From positions 15,914 through 79,913 of the forward strand of contig CASFWW010000020.1 of assembly GCA_949298505.1 (NCBI GenBank): a stretch of 64,000 nucleotides of DNA, read 5' to 3'. The position numbers and the translations under genes were made by a program. The notes below the pieces were generated by a model. It was not told the DNA's origin, made no database searches, and worked only from the letters and a program-made list of their open reading frames with translations. This document shows positions 56,019-64,000 of this stretch, piece by piece (position 1 is the first letter of the stretch; each line of letters begins with the position of its first letter). Source of the stretch: an uncultured Christensenella sp. Lineage in GTDB: Bacteria; Bacillota; Clostridia; Christensenellales; UBA3700.

Positions 56019-56439
56019 TTGCAAAAAGCAGAAGCAAAGTAACCTTTGCAAAAGCCAAATGCGAGCGTAGCGAGTAAGACCGATAAAAGTTGGTAGTGAG
56101 TGAGAGCCGTCGCGAGCGCGTTTACAAACGAGCAGGCGAAACGAACGTGACTTTTATCGGAAGCGAAGAAGCAAGGTGTAACGCGAAGATTTTTTTGTAA
56201 TTTAAAAAATTGCAAAAAAATAGAAGCAAAGTAACCTTTGCAAAAGCCAAATGCGAGCGTAGCGAGCCGTCGTGAAAAGTTGATAGCGAGTCCGAGCCGT
56301 CGCGAGCGCGTTTACAAGCGAGCAGGCAAATCGAGCGTGACTTTTATCGGAAGCGAAGAAGCAAGGTGTAACGCGAAGATTTTTTTGTAATTTAAAAAAT
56401 TGCAAAAAAATAGAAGCAAAGTAACCTTTGCTTCTGAGC
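56019..56439. repeat. Tandem repeat of ~190 bp (2 full copies + the first ~30 bp of a third) abutting the tRNA 3' end
   Basis: TTGCAAAAA(A/G)..AGAAGCAAAGTAACCTTTGC starts at 56019, 56210 and 56400. Each full unit contains the inverted pair CCGATAAAAGT / ACTTTTATCGG. Confidence 0.92.
56404..56435 (-). terminator. Terminator of tRNA-Gly
   Basis: On the minus strand: GAAGCAAAG-GTTA-CTTTGCTTC followed by TATTTTTTT. Confidence 0.75.
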
Positions 56440-56513
56440 TGGAGCAGGTAACGGGAATCGGACCCGCACCCCAGGCTTGGGAAGCCCGTATTCTACCATT
56501 GAACTATACCTGC
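56440..56513 (-). tRNA. tRNA-Gly (anticodon CCC), CCA encoded
   Basis: The minus strand reads GCAGGTATAGTTCAATGGTAGAATACGGGCTTCCCAAGCCTGGGGTGCGGGTCCGATTCCCGTTACCTGCTCCA. The 7-bp acceptor stem is GCAGGTA/TACCTGC. The anticodon loop is TTCCCAA. The T-arm is GGGTCCGATTCCC. Confidence 0.9.
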
Positions 56514-56740
56514 ACGATATTCAGCTGTCTATTTGTTAGATTAACACAACGGCGGCGCACAGTCAAGGCATGGCGGCAAATTGCGGCGCGAAATTTGTAA
56601 AAGGACGGCAAACAGACTTCCCTCTGCTCTCCGGCATGCGGAAAACGCGTATGTTGACAATGCCGCGCGCACGTTATATCATTATATTATCGGGTCGAAA
56701 GAGAATTTTTTGCATACCAAAACATAAAAAAGAGGACAAT

Positions 56741-57292
56741 ATGAACCACTGCGGCACACAGAGATTGGAAACGGAGCGCCTTGTTTTGCGCAGATTCACT
56801 CAAAACGACGCCTCAGCTATGTTTAACAATTGGGCAAGCGACGAAGAGGTCACAAAGTTTTTAATGTGGCAACCTCATGCGGATATCGAGGTAAGCAAAA
56901 GCGTTTTAAAAGATTGGATAAATCGATATCCCGACGATAAATTTTATCAATGGGCGATCGTTCTTAAAGATAACGGCGACGCGCCGATCGGCGGCATATC
57001 GGTCGTACATATGGATGAAAAAGTCGCAATGGCGCATATCGGCTATTGCTTGGGCAAAAAATGGTGGCATAAAGGCATTATGAGCGAAGCGCTCAAAGCG
57101 GTGATGGATCTTCTGTTTGACGTCGCAGGCTTTAACAGGATAGAATCGCGCCACGATCCGAACAACCCGAACTCAGGCAAGGTAATGCAAAAATGCGGCA
57201 TGAAATACGAAGGAACTCTGCGACGCTCCGATTGGAACAATCAGGGCATTTGCGACGCAAGCTATTATGCATTGCTAAGGTCAGAGCGCTGA
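56741..57292 (+). CDS. GNAT acetyltransferase, RimJ/RimL-like
   Basis: ATG 56741 follows AAGAGGA. It has the N-terminus LETERLVLRRFTQNDA and the motif GYCLGKKWWHKGIMSEA. Confidence 0.8.
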   Translation: MNHCGTQRLETERLVLRRFTQNDASAMFNNWASDEEVTKFLMWQPHADIEVSKSVLKDWINRYPDDKFYQWAIVLKDNGDAPIGGISVVHMDEKVAMAHIGYCLGKKWWHKGIMSEALKAVMDLLFDVAGFNRIESRHDPNNPNSGKVMQKCGMKYEGTLRRSDWNNQGICDASYYALLRSER

Positions 57293-57389
57293 GCGTCGCG
57301 TCGTCTTCTGCTGAAAATACGGCGCGCCAAACAACTTCCCCCGCTTCTCACGCAAATGAACAAAGTTAAAAACGAAAACAGGATAAATT

Positions 57390-57962
57390 ATGCTACCCGT
57401 GACGATTAAACGCATATTTAAAAAGGATTACGAAGGCAGGATCCTGCCGATAAAATACACGACGGATTATTATTACGACGTATCCCTGACCCGCGTCGAT
57501 GACGGCTGGAAAGCGGATTTTTCTGTCGCCCGCTTCCCGTCTCCCGTTACCCACACCCCGGAAGAATACGATTACCCCGACAAGCTGTTCCAAAAGCATT
57601 GGAAAGGTGCGTACGCATACGGCGCATTTGACGGAGACGCGTTCGTCGGAGCGATAGAACTTTATCCCGAAAAGTGGGCAAACAGAATAAGAGTGACCGA
57701 ACTGTGGGTGGACGAAAACTACCGCAAAAGAGGTATCGGCAAAAGACTTATGGACATAGCCAAAGCGCAGGCGAAAAAGCGGGGCGCGCGTATGCTGATA
57801 CTCGAAACTCAGTCCTGCAATTTCAACGCGATAGGATTTTACCTGCACGAAGGATTCGACCTCGTAGGCTTCCTATCCTGCGACTACTCCGACAGCGACC
57901 TCGACCGCAAAGAGGTTCGGCTCGAAATGGGGTGGTTCAACCGCGGTCAAAACAAAGCGTGA
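57390..57962 (+). CDS. GNAT acetyltransferase, streptothricin-acetyltransferase-like
   Basis: VDENYRKRGIGKRLMDIAKAQAKKRGARMLILETQSCNFNAIGFYLHEGF recalls Sat/SatA-type proteins. This is a motif-level match. Confidence 0.65.
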   Translation: MLPVTIKRIFKKDYEGRILPIKYTTDYYYDVSLTRVDDGWKADFSVARFPSPVTHTPEEYDYPDKLFQKHWKGAYAYGAFDGDAFVGAIELYPEKWANRIRVTELWVDENYRKRGIGKRLMDIAKAQAKKRGARMLILETQSCNFNAIGFYLHEGFDLVGFLSCDYSDSDLDRKEVRLEMGWFNRGQNKA

Positions 57963-58085
57963 AGCAATGTGGCCATCTGCGCGGTCAGTCGTTATCTTAA
58001 AATCAGAGACAGCGCATCGGACAAGCGTGCCGCTTGACTTATATCTCCCGCAAGGGGTAAAATATTAGCGTCAAAGAGGTGAAAA

Positions 58086-59063
58086 ATGGACACGAAAACC
58101 GCCGTATTAAGATTGCTTGAAGAAAACAAATCCACGGCTCTGTCGGGGCAACAGATCGCGGGCATGCTGGGCGTTACGCGCGCGGCGGTATGGAAGGCGG
58201 TAAAAAGCCTGATAAACGACGGCTACTCTATAACCGCGACAACAAACAAAGGATATATGCTCACCGGCGCGAGCGACGTGGTATCTGCTGAAGGGATACG
58301 CGCTGCGCTCCCCGAAAGGTATAAGAACATACCTTTAGAGGTCAAACAAAGCACGGTTTCGACGAATATCGACGTCGGCGCGGCGGCGGCAGGCGGCGCG
58401 CCTCACGGCACGACGGTGGTCGCGCTGGAACAGAAAAGCGGCCAGGGCAGATTGGGCAAAAGCTTCTGTTCTCCCAAAGGCGGACTGTATTTTTCAACGC
58501 TGATACGCCCCACCCTGTCCATTGACAAAGCGGTGATGATAACCCCTGCGGCGGCGGTCGCGGCGCATAAGGCGATAACGGATATACTCGGCTTGCCCGT
58601 CTCGATAAAGTGGGTCAACGACATATATATGAACGAGCGCAAGGTCGTGGGGATATCCACTCAGGCGCAGGCGGATATCGCGGTCGGCGGCATAAGCGGG
58701 ATAATAGTCGGCACGGGGATAAACTACAATACCGCGCAAAGCGATTTTTCAGGCGACATACAGAACAAAGCGGGGTCGCTGTATTATGGCGACGCGCCCG
58801 CAAAGCGCAACGAACTTATCGCGGCGGCGATAACCACTCTGCTGGACCTTTCCGAGGACCTGACCGACAAGAGTTATATGGACTATTACCGCAAGCACAA
58901 TTTCGTGCTGGGCGCGCGCGTCGATTACGAAATTGACAGAGAGGCAAAAAGCGGTATCGTCGAAGATATAGACGACAACGGCGCGCTGATAATAAGCGAG
59001 GACGGGCACAAAGAAAAACGCCGCCTGTTCTGCGGAGAGATATCGGTAAGACCGAGGATCTGA
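58086..59063 (+). CDS. birA: Bifunctional biotin-[acetyl-CoA-carboxylase] ligase / repressor
   Basis: It has the N-terminal HTH LSGQQIAGMLGVTRAAVWKAVKSL and the ligase loop SGQGRLGKSFCSPKGGLYFS. Confidence 0.9.
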   Translation: MDTKTAVLRLLEENKSTALSGQQIAGMLGVTRAAVWKAVKSLINDGYSITATTNKGYMLTGASDVVSAEGIRAALPERYKNIPLEVKQSTVSTNIDVGAAAAGGAPHGTTVVALEQKSGQGRLGKSFCSPKGGLYFSTLIRPTLSIDKAVMITPAAAVAAHKAITDILGLPVSIKWVNDIYMNERKVVGISTQAQADIAVGGISGIIVGTGINYNTAQSDFSGDIQNKAGSLYYGDAPAKRNELIAAAITTLLDLSEDLTDKSYMDYYRKHNFVLGARVDYEIDREAKSGIVEDIDDNGALIISEDGHKEKRRLFCGEISVRPRI

Positions 59064-59114
59064 ACGAAAAAACAGCGTTTAATAAACACGGGCGCAAAAA
59101 TTTATTAAAATTCG

Positions 59115-59570
59115 GTGAAAACAATGCTTATAAAAGAAATCGAACTTTCTGAATCCGTCGCGGCTGAATTGATCGCGCTTTCAGAAGATTGGGAGCAAGA
59201 AAATTCTTGTTACGGATATCGAAAAAACGCTTCGGATGAATTCAAAGGAAAAAGGATATTCGTTGCGACTGACGGCGATCTGATCTGCGGATATTTATTC
59301 GGACATAACATTACAGCCGGACAAGATACCTGTGTTTATAAAGCGGGAACCGAATATTTCGAGATCGACGAGTTGTACGTTAAACCGCAATACCGTAATT
59401 GCGGGATCGGCAAGAAGTTGTTCAAGTATGCCGAAAAGGCGGTTTCGTCCGACGTGAGCCTTATCATGCTTTGTACGGCAACCAAAAATTTCCGTGCGAT
59501 CCTTCATTTTTACGTGGACGAACTAGGGATGGATTTCTGGAGCGCCTGTCTCTTCAAAAAATTAAAATGA
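59115..59570 (+). CDS. GNAT-family acetyltransferase
   Basis: It contains VKPQYRNCGIGKKLFKYAEK. The start is either GTG 59115 or ATG 59124. Confidence 0.7.
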   Translation: MKTMLIKEIELSESVAAELIALSEDWEQENSCYGYRKNASDEFKGKRIFVATDGDLICGYLFGHNITAGQDTCVYKAGTEYFEIDELYVKPQYRNCGIGKKLFKYAEKAVSSDVSLIMLCTATKNFRAILHFYVDELGMDFWSACLFKKLK

Positions 59571-59593
59571 TTTTCAGTTAATTAATATATCAC

Positions 59594-59628
59594 GAGCGGA
59601 GACTTTTGAAGATCTCCGCTCATTTTCA
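59594..59628. terminator. Bidirectional terminator between convergent genes
   Basis: GAGCGGAGA-CTTTTGAAGA-TCTCCGCTC followed by ATTTTC. Confidence 0.6.
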
Positions 59629-59663
59629 ATACGGTTGATATTATTATCGATTTCCCCTCTCCG

Positions 59664-60248
59664 TCAGAAATTTATGACCCCGAGGTGTTCCAGAAGTATC
59701 TTCACGCCGAGAAGGATCAGGATGACGCCGCCGAAAATCTCCGCTTTGTTCTTGAACTTATCCCCCACTTTTATTCCTATGCCGACGCCGATAAGACTGC
59801 ACGTGAAGGTCGTTGCGCCGATTATCGAGACGGCGAGCCAGACGTTTACCTGAAGGAACGCGAACGTGACGCCGACCGCAAGCGCGTCTATACTGGTAGC
59901 GACCGCCATAATAAGCAAGGTCACGAAGCCGAGTTTAAGAGGTTTGTCCTCTTTCTCCTCCCCTTCCTTTTCCTTATCGAAAAAGCCGTCGTAAACCATT
60001 TTTCCGCCGAGGAGCAGAAGAAGCCCGAACGCAATCCAGTGATCGAAAGCGGTGATGTATTTTTCAAACAGCGAGCCTGCCGCCCAGCCGACGACCGGCA
60101 TAAGCACCTGGAAGCCGCCGAAGAAAAGCGCGATCAGAAGCGCGTATTTCCAGATGAATTTCTTCATCTCCACGCCTTTGCACATGGAGACCGCGAAAGC
60201 GTCCGCCGACACTCCGAAAGCTATCACGATGATATCCCAAATTGACAT
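59664..60248 (-). CDS. mntP: Manganese efflux pump MntP
   Basis: 194 aa. It contains GVSADAFAVSM and a second half with ATSIDALAVG. It lies behind a Mn riboswitch. Confidence 0.9.
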   Translation of the reverse strand: MSIWDIIVIAFGVSADAFAVSMCKGVEMKKFIWKYALLIALFFGGFQVLMPVVGWAAGSLFEKYITAFDHWIAFGLLLLLGGKMVYDGFFDKEKEGEEKEDKPLKLGFVTLLIMAVATSIDALAVGVTFAFLQVNVWLAVSIIGATTFTCSLIGVGIGIKVGDKFKNKAEIFGGVILILLGVKILLEHLGVINF

Positions 60249-60273
60249 AATCCCTCTCTTTCGTACCGTGCAA

Positions 60274-60405
60274 TAAAAAAATCACACATAGTACGGGTGT
60301 GCTATGTGTGAGTCTTGCCATTTAATATAAGCCATGCCCCGAAAGACAAGTATGTTGACTTATAACGAGAGTTTCGCCGACTACTCCCTCACCGGTTGTT
60401 AGTCT
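60274..60405 (-). promoter_or_regulatory. yybP-ykoY (Mn2+) riboswitch with terminator
   Basis: The minus strand reads GGTGAGGGAGTAGTCGGCGAAACTC..GTCAACATACTTGTCTTTCGGGGCATGGCTTATATTAAATGGCAAGACTC. A hairpin TCACACATAG-CACACCCGTA-CTATGTGTGA plus TTTTTTT follows, about 25 nt before the mntP ATG. Confidence 0.8.
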
Positions 60406-60477
60406 AGCATAACAAGATACTTATGTCAATTATTCGAAACGCCTTTATATTATCTTTTACGCTCAGCTAAGCCGACC

Positions 60478-60990
60478 CGACTGGCAACCCCGTTGCCGCG
60501 AAGCCTACATGGCTGTCGCCCCGCGACCCCGTGTGACGGGGAACATTAGTCGGCTATCGCTAAGCGTAACTTACTGCAACAAATAAAAACCTCGTATGAA
60601 TGATGAAAATAAAGTTTGAAATATAAAAAATGGATGGATGCACCAACGGTGTAACCGCGGCATTGGTCGGCTGTCGCTAAACGTAACTTGTTTCAAAAAG
60701 CGAAGCCTACATGGCTGTCGCCCCGCGACCCCGTGTGACGGGGAACATTAGTCGGCTGTCGCTAAACGTAACTTGTTTCAAAAAGCGAAGCCTACATGGC
60801 TGTCGCCCCGCGACCATCCGTCAAACCGGGAAGCATTGTTCCGCCCTTTCGGCTATTCCTCATAAAGAGGTCACGTGCTCCCGTGTTTACATTATAGCAT
60901 ATAGTAATATAAAGTCAAGTGTTTTTTAACTCGTGTTTTTCCATTTTTGTCCTACCTGACTGACAACCCCGTTGCCGCGAAGCCGATCTG
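60478..60990. repeat. Dispersed/tandem ~86-bp repeats and a flanking 21-nt repeat
   Basis: GCGAAGCCTACATGGCTGTCGCCCCGCGACCCCGTGTGACGGGGAACATTAGTCGGCT(A/G)TCGCTAA occurs at 60498 and 60699. A 5' part is at 60785 and a 3' part at 60661. CAACCCCGTTGCCGCGAAGCC occurs at 60485 and 60964. Confidence 0.9.
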
Positions 60991-61006
60991 GCCGACACCA
61001 CGTGGC

Positions 61007-62401
61007 TCAGTCCTCTTTTGTTTTTTCTTCTGCGGTGCTGTTTTCTTTATTTTCGGCGGGCGGCGTACCCTCTATTACTATTTCCTGTTCGGGTTCCTTC
61101 TTCATACTCTTGAAAAGCATGAACGCGGCGGGGATGATTATCAGAATATTGACTATGACAGCGGCGAGGAATATGTAGTTGGTCGGCACGGGCTGTTCGA
61201 CGCCTGTGGTCGGGTCAACGTAAACGCCGTTGCTTGTCGAGCTTACGTACGCGCCGATGAACGGACCCACGCACATCGGGATCAGCACGCTGAAAACCAT
61301 TCTTATTCCCTGGAAATGCCCCACTTTGTCAGAGGGAGTATTGTCTCTCATACACGCGGAAAGAAGTGACATCTCCCACAGGTATCCAGTCATCATGATT
61401 ATGCCGGCAACCGAGACGAACCAGATGTTTCGCGCAAAAAACATCATCAACCCGCCCGCCGTATATATCAGCAACGACGTAGGGAGCAATATCCTGAGAG
61501 GTATCTTGCCGCGCAGGAAGCCGAACAGTACGCTGAACACCGCCGAAAGCACGAGTATCGCGCCGAGCATAAGCACGTAGTCTTTTATCCCGAGGAAATA
61601 TTCGACGTATATGATAAGATAGGTCATATATATATTGTTGGCGATCCCGATGATGCATATCGCAACGTATATCAGATACAGATCGCGGTTTTTCTTTACG
61701 ACGGACGGGCGAAAACCGTAACCGAGTTCTTTGAAAAAATTGCCGCGTTTAGGCTGAAGATCAGGGCTGTCCTTGAGAAGGAAGAGTCCCGCAACGCCCA
61801 TGACGGTGGTTATCGCGCCGAGTACGCCGAAGAACAACATCCATTGCCCTTTCTGTGTGAAAGAATCGAAGACGCCGAATATGCCGAGAAGCGCGGCAAG
61901 CGGCATGACCTGCAACACGCCCTCCGCTTTCGCCCTGTTTTCATGCGACGTCACGTCTGTGATCCACGCGTTGAACGCCGCGTCGTTCGCCGTCGATCCT
62001 ATCGCGGTCATCAGGCAGTCCATCACGATTATCATCACCGTCGTCAGCGCGACCGCGTTGGCAGACGGGAAAAGCTTCTCTGAATTTTCTTTCGTTATCA
62101 GCGCAAACGCGAAAACGCTGACGCCCCAGAATATGTAACCGATACTGATGAACAGTTTGCGCCTGCCCACTCTGTCTGAAAGTCCTCCGGCAAGCAGAGT
62201 GACGACCGTGGCGACGACCGCGCTTGAAGCGACCATGGCGCTCGTAGCGTTCAGATCGTAAGTGACCGTCTTGTAAAGATAGACGTTGAGATACATATTC
62301 TCCACCATCCAGGCTATCTGCCCCACAAGACCGAACAGCACAATGCTCGCCCACACTCTGGCGCCCAGTATTGCCCCCTGAGAAGAATTTTTACCACTCA
62401 T
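61007..62401 (-). CDS. MFS transporter (glycoside-pentoside-hexuronide symporter-like)
   Basis: ATG 62401 is 8 nt after GGAGG. It has about 12 hydrophobic segments and contains LSDRVGRRK. It is adjacent to a GH2 gene. Confidence 0.8.
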   Translation of the reverse strand: MSGKNSSQGAILGARVWASIVLFGLVGQIAWMVENMYLNVYLYKTVTYDLNATSAMVASSAVVATVVTLLAGGLSDRVGRRKLFISIGYIFWGVSVFAFALITKENSEKLFPSANAVALTTVMIIVMDCLMTAIGSTANDAAFNAWITDVTSHENRAKAEGVLQVMPLAALLGIFGVFDSFTQKGQWMLFFGVLGAITTVMGVAGLFLLKDSPDLQPKRGNFFKELGYGFRPSVVKKNRDLYLIYVAICIIGIANNIYMTYLIIYVEYFLGIKDYVLMLGAILVLSAVFSVLFGFLRGKIPLRILLPTSLLIYTAGGLMMFFARNIWFVSVAGIIMMTGYLWEMSLLSACMRDNTPSDKVGHFQGIRMVFSVLIPMCVGPFIGAYVSSTSNGVYVDPTTGVEQPVPTNYIFLAAVIVNILIIIPAAFMLFKSMKKEPEQEIVIEGTPPAENKENSTAEEKTKED

Positions 62402-62567
62402 ACGTCTCACCTCCGGTTTATATTATTATATACCTTTGCACGCGGTTTTTCAATACCCCCGGGCGGTTTCAGACGCGCTTTCCTTTCAGGTCTTTAAACT
62501 CCCGGAAAACCGGATGAATTCCAACGCGCGGCGCGCCGTCCTTTATTGTCAGAAAGAAAAACCGCAT

Positions 62568-62598
62568 AAAAATCCCCTGCCGTAAAGCAAGGGATTTT
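62568..62598 (-). terminator. Possible terminator after the GH2 gene
   Basis: On the minus strand: AAATCCC..loop..GGGATTT followed by TTATGCGGTTTTT. Confidence 0.4.
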
Positions 62599-62628
62599 GG
62601 CGCCCGTGTCGATTAAACGCGGTATTGA

Positions 62629-64000
62629 TTACTTCTTGACGACCTCGAATTCAAGCGTCTTTTCTCCGAGTTTGCCTGCTGAGAAAGTGACGGTCGCTTT
62701 GCCGCTCTTGCCCGTCGTCTTGATCCAGACGCCTCTCTGACCGCCTATCAGCGCGACGTTTTTCTCGCCTATGACCTCTATCGGACCGGTGGTCTTTATC
62801 TCGATCGCGGTGTTGTCGTAAGGCAGTACGTTGCCGCACTGGGAGACCGCTTTCAGAACGATCCTGGTCACGTCGTACGTCTCGTCCTCCACCAGCTTTT
62901 CGCTGTCCGCTTCTGCGAAAAGGCTCGCCTTGAAAACGGAACCTTTCTCAGTCGTAACGACGACTTTGCCGTCCTGATCCAGACCTTCGAATTTATACGT
63001 GACCTGCTTGCCTCCCCAGCTTGTAACGTACTTGCCGAAAAGCATCGTGATGCTGTCGACGGACAGTTTGTACTTGATCAGGCTCTTGACAAGAATAAGC
63101 GGATGACGGAATATGCCGCCGAACGTACCGTACTTCTTGACTGCGAGAAGCGCCTTCTTGAGCTGCGCCGCGTCGCGCTTGCTGAACTTGTACTGCTCGT
63201 CCTTTTCAAGCTGATCGCCGATCACGTCGTCGAGCGGCACGGGCGGCACGGGAATATTTCTGAACTCCTTGCACTTGCCCCACTCGTCTATCATGTCGAA
63301 CGTGTTGATCAGCACGCCGTTCTTGTACATCCTGACCTTGGGACAGTTGGTGAACATATAGACCGTTCCCACCTGACCTCCCGCCACGTCTCCTATCTCC
63401 ATGTTTGAAGATATCTCGAGAACGGGTTTGTCGCCCTGCATCCTGTAAACCTTTGCCGCAAGCTTGTCTATGCGGAACATATCGGACACGCCGTGATAGC
63501 AGATCTTGTCGCCGCTGCCGAAGTCCTTGTGCGTGTTGTAGTCGCTCATACACCAGCCGATCGCGCCGCTGGTACCGTTCGCGCCGTACATCTTGTCCAG
63601 CACGCGCGCATGGCGTATCGCGTGTTCCTGTCTCTTCTTTTCGTGGTCGAACGTCTTGGTCGGGAACATATGCCCGTTGTGCTCGGTTACGAGATAGGGC
63701 ACGTTGCCCGCGACTATGAACTTGGGCAGAAGCCTTATTCCGCCGCCCGAGTGTATGAAGTCGTTATAAGTGTAGACGTCCTCGAGCAGATGGCTTCTGG
63801 GTATGCATCTGACGCCGCCCGTCTGTCTCGTCTTGTCGAGAGAATGAGCGAGCGCATTCGTCTTGGTGTAAAGTTCGTCGTCGTCGCCGGACTCGTTGAT
63901 CCTGACGCCCCACAGGATTATGGAAGGATGGTTATAATCCTGGTCTATCATCTCGCGGACGTGCTGAAGGCACATCTCTCTCCACTCGTTGTCCTTGCTG
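62629..64000 (-). CDS. Glycoside hydrolase family 2 (beta-galactosidase-like), partial: 5' end beyond the right window edge
   Basis: The frame stays open to position 64000. It contains NHPSIILWGVRINESGDDDE, compare LacZ NHPSVIIWSLGNESGHG. The C-terminal part looks beta-sandwich-like. Confidence 0.85.
   Translation of the reverse strand, partial: SKDNEWREMCLQHVREMIDQDYNHPSIILWGVRINESGDDDELYTKTNALAHSLDKTRQTGGVRCIPRSHLLEDVYTYNDFIHSGGGIRLLPKFIVAGNVPYLVTEHNGHMFPTKTFDHEKKRQEHAIRHARVLDKMYGANGTSGAIGWCMSDYNTHKDFGSGDKICYHGVSDMFRIDKLAAKVYRMQGDKPVLEISSNMEIGDVAGGQVGTVYMFTNCPKVRMYKNGVLINTFDMIDEWGKCKEFRNIPVPPVPLDDVIGDQLEKDEQYKFSKRDAAQLKKALLAVKKYGTFGGIFRHPLILVKSLIKYKLSVDSITMLFGKYVTSWGGKQVTYKFEGLDQDGKVVVTTEKGSVFKASLFAEADSEKLVEDETYDVTRIVLKAVSQCGNVLPYDNTAIEIKTTGPIEVIGEKNVALIGGQRGVWIKTTGKSGKATVTFSAGKLGEKTLEFEVVKK

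Noticed and set aside
55919-56405. Duplicated small ORFs (98 aa and 67 aa, MQFFKLQKNLRVTPCFFASDKSH..) in the 190-bp repeats
   Set aside because: They start at non-ATG codons inside an A/T run, have no RBS, and exist only because the repeat unit is stop-free in that frame.

Overview
This 64-kb chromosomal window is moderately GC-rich, and its gene content looks like a Clostridia-type Firmicute. All product calls rest on motif recognition by eye; no database search was possible.

Housekeeping content: leuS-serS, upp, an M3 oligoendopeptidase, rpsF-ssb-rpsR and gpmI. A dus-mazG(yabN)-murJ-like(yabM)-spoVT block is syntenic with B. subtilis. There is also a metF / activation-domain / short-metH operon, birA, tRNA-Gly(CCC), mntP behind a yybP-ykoY Mn riboswitch, and a cobalamin riboswitch in front of a two-gene putative B12-uptake unit.

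Accessory content: two BspA-type LRR proteins, an ECF-type sigma/anti-sigma pair with a paralogous lipoprotein, a Cys-type sulfatase, four GNAT genes, an ABC-2 transporter, and an MFS + GH2 pair. An IS3-family element carries an in-frame TGA in orfA.

The most unusual locus is at the left edge (1-7.7 kb, minus strand). One operon driven by a consensus promoter encodes four proteins:
- a TasA/TapA-like membrane protein
- a membrane-anchored McrB-type AAA+ GTPase
- a SipW-type signal peptidase with a roughly 230-aa acidic-then-lysine-rich tail
- a McrC-like protein with a long poly-Glu/coiled-coil region, which runs off the window

A separately terminated TasA-like gene and a degenerate EAL-like gene lie upstream of it. 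I know of no described system that interleaves a McrBC-like pair with a SipW/TasA-type module.

The window also holds four unrelated intergenic tandem-repeat arrays (units of about 66, 138, 190 and 86 bp). A 960-bp non-coding stretch contains iteron-like direct repeats and a duplicated 25-nt palindrome.
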